A stretch of 24,316 nucleotides of DNA from the NCBI GenBank assembly GCA_038231435.1, contig JBBRLJ010000063.1, positions 1 to 24,316 on the forward strand, written 5' to 3'. The notes beneath the pieces are model-generated. The model made no database searches and was not told where the DNA came from. It saw only the letters and a program-made list of their open reading frames with translations. Below are positions 18,343 to 24,316 of the stretch, in pieces. The DNA is from Planctomycetota bacterium (lineage in GTDB: Bacteria > Planctomycetota > UBA11346). The position numbers and the translations under genes are program-made. Every line of letters begins with the position of its first letter. Position 1 is the stretch's first letter.

Positions 18343-21300
18343 GTGCGTCCAGTCAACCTGCTCGTCGTCCTCGCCTGCACCGTCCCCATGGCCCCAGCGG
18401 TGGTCCACGAAACGCTGCGCGAACAGAAGCTCGTGCAGAACGCCGAGCTCGAACAGGTGATCTCCCAGCCGGATCACTTCCTGACCAACCTGGTCAAGTT
18501 CCGCTGCATGTTCGTCGAGATGGGGAACCTCTACGACGGGTTGCACTCCGGCTTCCGCGCCGAGCGCCACTTCAACCTCATCCTCTGGGACGACCACGCG
18601 CGTGTCTGGGAGCCCGAGGTCCGCGGCAATCCCCTGGTCAGCGTCTACGTGCCCAAGGACATCAAGCAGGTCTGCGATCAGCTCTCCTCGCTGCGTAAAT
18701 TCCAGATCATCGAGATCATCGGTCGCGTGCAGTCGGTCGGCAACGACGGCAAGCCGTGCATCGAGGTCACCAAGCTCCATCAGATCGAGGATGCAGGCTC
18801 GTTCTCCGACAACGCCATCTACCACATCCAGCAGGCGGTGGCCCTCGGCAACGATGGCGTGCGCGATCTCGCTGACGAGCACTACGCAGAGGCGCTCAAG
18901 GAGCAGCTGCCGATCTTCGGCAAGGTCCAGGTGCGCGAGCTGCGCGCCCGCCAGCTGGTGGCGTCAGGCCACTATCGCGAGGCGATCACGCTCCTCACCG
19001 AGGCGCTCGCGTTCGCCAAGGAAGACACCGGCATCTCCGGCACCTCCATCGCACAGGTCCAGGCGCTCCTGGCCAAGGCCGAGAGTGAGAGCGCTGAGAG
19101 CGCCGGCCCGGCCCAGCGCCAGTCCATGCTGACCGATGCGGTCGAGCACGCCCGCGCGGCGCTCGCCTTGGATCCGACCCTCGCCGACGCCTACGCCGTC
19201 CTCGGCATCAGCCTCGCCGGTCTCGGGCAGTTCGATGAAGCCCGCCGCGAGTGCGACAACGCCCTGCGCCTGCGCCCCAACGACGCCGAGGTGCGTTGGT
19301 ATCTCGGACGTATCCTCGATCAGCAGGGCAAGTACGACGACTCCATCGACGCGCTCAAGAAGGCGATCGACCTCACGCCCAAGGATGCACGCATCCACAA
19401 GGCGGTCGCGAACGCCTATTACCATCGCGGCCTGAAGGGCGGACCCACATCGGGGGCCGATCTCACCACTGCGCTGCGCGAATACGATATCGCGATGCGT
19501 CTGAACCCCGGCGATCCCGAGATCATGTACTCCAGCGGCCTGGTCATCGAAGCGGCCAGCGAGGCCGGCGCCGAGATCCAGAGCCTGACCGGCAAGCAGG
19601 CGGCGACGAAGGAGATGGCGATCGAGCGCTACAAGTCCGCGCTCTCCGCCGACGAGGGCTTCGCCGCAGCGCATCGCGCGCTCGCCGATGCCTACCGTGA
19701 GCAGAACAAGAACGACGAGGCCATGGCGCAGTACATCCGCGTCACCGAGCTCCTGCCAGACGATTTCGACAGCTTCGCCGCCCTGGCGTCGTTCCAGGAA
19801 TCGCAGAACAAGCACGACAGCGCGCTCGCCACCTATGAACAGTTCTTCGCCAAGCATCAGCAGAATCCGCAGGCTCGGGTCGCCCTCGCCCGGATGTACC
19901 AACAGGCCGGCAACACCCAGCGCGCTCAGCAGCTGACCCAGCAGCTCGAGGAGCAGGTCAAGAAGGACAAGAAGAACGCGCAGGCGCTGTTGGCGCTCGC
20001 CGAGTTCCACCTGGCCTCTGGCGACGCCAAGGGCGCCGCCGACCTCGCGCAGCGTGCTTCGGACAACGGCGACCGGGCAGCGAAGACCGCTGCCGCCGCG
20101 ACGCTCGGTAAAGCGAAGTGGGAGCTCGGAGACGTCAAGGGCACCATCGCGACCCTCGCGCCGGTCGTCGACCAGACCACCGACGTGGCCGCGCTCGTCG
20201 ATCTCGGCTGGGCCTATGTCGCCACCAACAAATCGAATGAAGCCAAGGGCATCGCGGACAAGCTGCGCACCACCGGCTACTCGTCCGGCCAAGCCCAGGA
20301 ATTCCTCGGCTGGTCCAGCTACCTCTCTGGTGAATACCAACTTGCCGAACTCGCGCTCAAGAAGGCCCCGATCAAGGATCCCTCGGTCAAGGCGTACCGC
20401 CTGGGCATGGCGATCTTCAAGCAGGGTCCAGCCCGCTATGCTGATGCCAGGCCCTATCTGGGCGCGGCGAGGAACGTGCAAGGCAAGCCGGCGCTCTTCG
20501 CCAACGCCGGACACGACGTCTCAGCGGCGCTGAAGACCATCGCCGAGCACGATGGTGCCGGCAAGGCGAATGACGGCGCCGACTCCGGTGGACGTAGCGA
20601 GGATGCCGCCGCCCTGGCCGAGGCGGCGCGCAACACCACCGAGGCCACCAAAGCCGACAAGGCAGCCGACGAGGCGCGCAAGGCGGACGAGGCCAAGAAG
20701 GCCGCGGACTCCGCCGCCGCGGCGGAAGCCACGCGCAAGGCCGACGAAGCCAACAAGGCGGCCGAAGCCAAGAAGGCCGCCGATGCCGCCGCCGCCGCCG
20801 ATGTCGCGCGCAAAGCGGACGAGGCCAACAAAGCTGCCGAAGCCAAGAAAGCCGCGGATGCCGCGGCGCTCGCGGACAACACGCGCAAGGCCGACGAAGC
20901 GAAGAAGGCCGCAGACGCGAAGAAGGCCGCCGACGCCGCCCTGATCGCCGAAAACGCCCGCAAGGCGGATGAGGCGAGCAAGGCCGCCGATGCCAAGAAG
21001 ACCGCAGACGCTGCCGCCGCCGCCGATGTGGCGCGCAAGGCGGACGAAGCCAAGAAGGTCGCCGATGCCGCTGCGGCGAGCGAAACCGCACGCAAGGCTG
21101 ACGAAGCCAAGCGGGCCGATGCTCAAAAGGCGGCTGACGCCCAGAAAGCTGCCGATGCGCAGAAGGCAACCGAGGACGCGCAAAAGGCGGCCGATGCCAA
21201 GAAGCTCGCGGATGCCCAGAAGGCCGCAGATGCGCAAAAGCCATCGGATGTCGCCAAGGGAACCGAGACGCCAAAGGGTGACGCCGCGGATGCGACCGCG

Positions 21301-21750
21301 CAAGGTCTAGCCAAGTGGGAAGCCGATGACGTCAAGGGCACGATCGAAGCCCTGGGTCCGAACATCGACAAGCTCACCAGCGAACCCGCCCTGCTCGCAC
21401 TCGGATGGGCGTACGTCGCCGATGGCCGCACCAGCGATGCGGTCTCGGTCGCTGACAAGCTCAAGGCACTGCCAGCCAAGACCGACCAGCAGAACGAGTT
21501 CCAGGGTTGGATCCTATTCCTCAACGGTGATTTCCGCGGCGCCGAACAAGCGCTCAAGAAGGCACCGATCAAGGATCCATTGGTGAAGGCCTTCCGCATC
21601 GGCATGGCCTTGTTCAAGCAGGGCCAGCCCCGCTACCAGGAAGCCCGCGCGATGCTCGGCACCGGCAAGAACGTGACGGGTCGCAAGTCGCTCTTCGGCA
21701 CCGCGAAGGCCGATGCCGAAGCGGCGTTGAAGACGATCAGCGGCCACTGA
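18343..21750 (+). CDS. Large exported tetratricopeptide-repeat protein with TolA-like Ala/Lys spacer and duplicated C-terminal module
   Basis: aaggag RBS and GTG 18343; signal-like MRPVNLLVVLACTVPMAPA. Many TPR motifs (e.g. ALALDPTLADAYAVLG, ALRLRPNDAEVRWYLG, AIDLTPKDARIH), RKADEAxKAA repeats and an internal duplication. Confidence 0.9.
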   Translation: MRPVNLLVVLACTVPMAPAVVHETLREQKLVQNAELEQVISQPDHFLTNLVKFRCMFVEMGNLYDGLHSGFRAERHFNLILWDDHARVWEPEVRGNPLVSVYVPKDIKQVCDQLSSLRKFQIIEIIGRVQSVGNDGKPCIEVTKLHQIEDAGSFSDNAIYHIQQAVALGNDGVRDLADEHYAEALKEQLPIFGKVQVRELRARQLVASGHYREAITLLTEALAFAKEDTGISGTSIAQVQALLAKAESESAESAGPAQRQSMLTDAVEHARAALALDPTLADAYAVLGISLAGLGQFDEARRECDNALRLRPNDAEVRWYLGRILDQQGKYDDSIDALKKAIDLTPKDARIHKAVANAYYHRGLKGGPTSGADLTTALREYDIAMRLNPGDPEIMYSSGLVIEAASEAGAEIQSLTGKQAATKEMAIERYKSALSADEGFAAAHRALADAYREQNKNDEAMAQYIRVTELLPDDFDSFAALASFQESQNKHDSALATYEQFFAKHQQNPQARVALARMYQQAGNTQRAQQLTQQLEEQVKKDKKNAQALLALAEFHLASGDAKGAADLAQRASDNGDRAAKTAAAATLGKAKWELGDVKGTIATLAPVVDQTTDVAALVDLGWAYVATNKSNEAKGIADKLRTTGYSSGQAQEFLGWSSYLSGEYQLAELALKKAPIKDPSVKAYRLGMAIFKQGPARYADARPYLGAARNVQGKPALFANAGHDVSAALKTIAEHDGAGKANDGADSGGRSEDAAALAEAARNTTEATKADKAADEARKADEAKKAADSAAAAEATRKADEANKAAEAKKAADAAAAADVARKADEANKAAEAKKAADAAALADNTRKADEAKKAADAKKAADAALIAENARKADEASKAADAKKTADAAAAADVARKADEAKKVADAAAASETARKADEAKRADAQKAADAQKAADAQKATEDAQKAADAKKLADAQKAADAQKPSDVAKGTETPKGDAADATAQGLAKWEADDVKGTIEALGPNIDKLTSEPALLALGWAYVADGRTSDAVSVADKLKALPAKTDQQNEFQGWILFLNGDFRGAEQALKKAPIKDPLVKAFRIGMALFKQGQPRYQEARAMLGTGKNVTGRKSLFGTAKADAEAALKTISGH
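20620..21240 (+). repeat. Intragenic imperfect tandem repeats: 19/25-aa RKADEAxKAA(xAKKAA)DAAA units followed by DAQKAA hexapeptides
   Basis: Seven RKADEA-initiated units and repeated DAQKAA/DAKK are visible in the translation. Confidence 0.85.
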
Positions 21751-21812
21751 GGCGGTCCGGGTTTACTTGCGTTCGGCGCGGCTAGGCTGTGCGACCGGTA
21801 CGGGTCGCAGCC

Positions 21813-23474
21813 ATGCTCAGTGAATTGGTCATCCACAACCTCGTGATCGTCGAGCATGCGCGGCTCAACCCCGGCGAGGGGTTGACTGTCGTCAGCGGCG
21901 AGACCGGTGCCGGGAAGAGCCTGCTCCTCGACGCGCTCGAGATGGTCTCGGGCGAGCGCGTGCAGTCGCGGGTCGTCGGTCCATGGGCTGAGTCTGCTAC
22001 GGTTACCGCGGTGTTCCAAGCGGGGGTGGTGGTGTGCTCGCGCATCGAAACGCTCTGCTCCGTGCCGGCGGCTGACGGCCAATACATCCTGCGTCGTCGC
22101 ATCTCCGGTGGCGGTCGGAGCCAGGCATGGATCAATGACGTTCCGGTGACGGCCGGAGCACTGCGCCTCGCCGCCGACCATCTGCTCGAGATCCACTCCC
22201 AGCACGAGCCACTGCGGCTAGCCGACCCTGCGGTACAACTCGAGATGCTCGACGCGTACGCCGGCCTGGGCGACAAGGCCGCAGCTTACTCTGCGACCCA
22301 CGAGCGCGTACTGGCCTTGACCAAGGTCCTGTCCGATCTCGATGGCGGTGCGCGTGAGAGCGTGAAGGAGCTCGACTACCTGACCTTCCAGCTGCGCGAG
22401 ATCGAGGCGCTGCAGCCGCGCCGCGGAGAGCTCGTCGAACTCCAGTCGCGGCATGCGCTGCTGTCGTCCGCATCGACCTGGAAGGAGCTCGCCGAGGGTG
22501 CGGTGCAATCGTTGAGCGAGGACGAACGCTCGGTAGCCAATGTGCTGGCGCGTCTGGCGCGTCGTCTCGGCGAAGCTCCTGAACCCGGACTGGCCAATGC
22601 CGCGGTGGCGTGCCAGCAGGCGCTCGAGGCGGTACGCGATGCCGCCGCCTCGTGCGGGCAGGCGGCCGAACGCCTGTCCGCCGATCCCACGGAACTCGCG
22701 AAGACGGAGGGACGGCTCAACGCGTACCACGAACTGTGCCGGAAGCACGGCGATGGCGAAACCCCGCTGCTCGCCGCTTGGGAGCAGCTGTCGTTGCGTA
22801 TCCAGGAACTGTCCACGGTGGGCGAGCGTCGAGCCAAGACCGCAGCGGACTTCTCCCTTGCGGTCGGCGAGCGCAAGCGACTGGGCCTCGCGCTCGCGAA
22901 AGCTCGATCCACCGCGTTCGTCAAGCTCGCGAAGGCCGCGCACGAGCATCTCGGCGAACTCAGCATGCCGAAGGCGCGCATGTCGTTGGACGAGGAGCTG
23001 CTCGCCGAGCCGACGTCGCTCGGCACGCATCGCCAAGAATTCCTCGTGCAGACGAATCCTGGCATGGCCGCTGGAAAGCTGCGCGATGTGGCATCTGGCG
23101 GCGAATGCGCGCGCATAGCATTGGCCTTGGCCGAGGCGCTCGCGGCGCAAGAGCACGTGCCCGTCATGGTCTTCGATGAAGTCGACAGCGGTGTCGGTGG
23201 GCGCCTGGGCGCGGTGATCGGCGCGAAACTTGCGCGATTGGCCCACGGACGTACCGTCTTGGCGGTGACTCATACCCCGCAATTGGCGGCTGCGGCACGC
23301 CGGCAGTACCTCGTCAGCAAGCAGCAGGGCGATCGGGATACCCGCGTCACGGTCGCGGAAGTGTCGGGCGACGCTCGCCTCAAGGAGATCTCGGAAATGC
23401 TCGGAGGGGGCAAGGCCGCATTGGATCAGGCGCGCGCGTTGCTTGGCGGGGCCATTGGCGGAATGAAGCGTTGA
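21813..23474 (+). CDS. recN: DNA repair protein RecN
   Basis: MLSELVIHN, Walker A SGETGAGKS, EIHSQHE, coiled coil, signature VASGGE, Walker B VFDEVDSGVGG, VTHTPQLAA, EISEMLGG. Confidence 0.95.
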   Translation: MLSELVIHNLVIVEHARLNPGEGLTVVSGETGAGKSLLLDALEMVSGERVQSRVVGPWAESATVTAVFQAGVVVCSRIETLCSVPAADGQYILRRRISGGGRSQAWINDVPVTAGALRLAADHLLEIHSQHEPLRLADPAVQLEMLDAYAGLGDKAAAYSATHERVLALTKVLSDLDGGARESVKELDYLTFQLREIEALQPRRGELVELQSRHALLSSASTWKELAEGAVQSLSEDERSVANVLARLARRLGEAPEPGLANAAVACQQALEAVRDAAASCGQAAERLSADPTELAKTEGRLNAYHELCRKHGDGETPLLAAWEQLSLRIQELSTVGERRAKTAADFSLAVGERKRLGLALAKARSTAFVKLAKAAHEHLGELSMPKARMSLDEELLAEPTSLGTHRQEFLVQTNPGMAAGKLRDVASGGECARIALALAEALAAQEHVPVMVFDEVDSGVGGRLGAVIGAKLARLAHGRTVLAVTHTPQLAAAARRQYLVSKQQGDRDTRVTVAEVSGDARLKEISEMLGGGKAALDQARALLGGAIGGMKR

Positions 23475-23983
23475 CCACTCCAGCGAGCTACCTCGTCGCG
23501 CGCCATGGCCACGTCGTGTACGTGCGCGCCTTGGGTTTGGCCAACATGAAGAATGCTCCAGTGCTGGACGCCTTCCTGGGGGCCGAGATCGATGCCCAGG
23601 TGCACACCGTGTGCGTCGACCTCTCGGCATGCCTGGGAATGGACAGCACGTTCATGGGGCTCCTGGTCGGCTCATCGCAACGCATCAAGCCGATGGGCGG
23701 CAAGCTGGTCATCGTCAATCCGACCGAATCGAACCTGAAGCTGCTGCACATGCTCGGCATCTCCAACGTGTTGCCGGTCCTCGAAGGCTGCGAGTTGCCG
23801 GTCCTGGAATTCGTGAGTCTGAGCGGCAACCCGAACCTGACTCCGCTCAAGCGCATGGAGCTGATCAAGCGCGCCCACCAGAACCTGATCGCACTCAATG
23901 ACGCCAACAAGGCGAAGTTCACCGCCTTCATGACCGCCCTTGAGGCCGATCTCGCGAAGCTGAATCGGAATACGCAGAAATAA
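23471..23983 (+). CDS. STAS-domain protein / anti-sigma-factor antagonist with C-terminal helical extension
   Basis: VDLSACLGMDSTFMGLL phosphorylation loop, KLVIVNP...LLHMLGI. The TTG start overlaps the recN stop. Confidence 0.88.
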   Translation: MTTPASYLVARHGHVVYVRALGLANMKNAPVLDAFLGAEIDAQVHTVCVDLSACLGMDSTFMGLLVGSSQRIKPMGGKLVIVNPTESNLKLLHMLGISNVLPVLEGCELPVLEFVSLSGNPNLTPLKRMELIKRAHQNLIALNDANKAKFTAFMTALEADLAKLNRNTQK

Positions 23984-24067
23984 CGGAATTCCGCCCGTGT
24001 TCGGCGCTCCATCTCCTCGTAAAGGTCATGCGAGGAATCATCTGGAGAGTCCCGCGAAGACCGGACC

Positions 24068-24104
24068 TTGACACGACTTCGGGGTTTTACATAGTGTGCG
24101 CCCC
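24068..24104 (+). promoter_or_regulatory. Sigma70-type promoter resembling a stable-RNA (rrn) promoter
   Basis: TTGACA, 16-nt spacer, CATAGT, then a GC-rich discriminator GTGCGCCCC. Confidence 0.55.
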
Positions 24105-24316
24105 GCCGATGGGACAGGCCGGGCCGAGCGCTGATCGTCAGCGTAAAAGCCTAGCGCATCAGTCCTTCAACCTTCGGCGCATTGACAAATCAATAGCTGT
24201 AGCAAGAGATGCATCCAATCGGCCGCTTCGGCGGCCGATGACGGAATCGATCCGCAAGGGTTGAGGAAGTCACCACCCCATGTCCTTCGGGACATGGGAG
24301 TGAGCAATTAATAAAA
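24105..24316 (+). other. Structured non-coding leader, probably the 5' leader of an rRNA operon that continues beyond the window
   Basis: Three consecutive tetraloop hairpins (UUCG 24218-24239, GCAA 24247-24264, UUCG 24277-24298) and a CATTGACAAATCAATAG motif resembling rrn leader processing-stem/boxA-region sequences. No rRNA sequence itself is visible. Confidence 0.45.

Noticed and set aside
24028..24264. 78-aa ORF at the window end
   Set aside because: Atypical codon usage, no motif, and it overlaps a promoter and RNA hairpins that explain the region better.

Overview
High-GC bacterial chromosome segment. The PurH insertion TTKPKWKANVRLL, a dnaA with no adjacent dnaN, and the general gene style suggest Planctomycetota/PVC, but this is inference. 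The first ~1.7 kb is visibly AT-richer and abuts the 3' end of a minus-strand tRNA-Arg(UCG), consistent with the edge of an integrated island carrying two orphan membrane/lipoprotein ORFs. The rest is mostly housekeeping: glyA behind an unusually elaborated ZTP riboswitch, purH, eno, mtnB, a PfkB kinase, dnaA, recN and a STAS protein. The window ends in a probable rRNA-operon promoter/leader. The best candidates for undescribed systems are: (1) a ParA ATPase operon with two paralogous ribbon-helix-helix-like partners and no ParB; (2) an outer-membrane beta-barrel paired with an Ig-like-repeat surface protein ending in a GGGCG-TM-basic sorting tail; (3) a ~1135-aa exported TPR protein with two colinear 148-aa modules separated by a 251-aa TolA-like Ala/Lys spacer; (4) a CarH/LitR-like MerR regulator with a degenerate B12 pocket; (5) a DnaA with a divergent DNA-binding helix and a 12-bp tandem repeat upstream. 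All calls come from reading the sequence only; no searches were run.
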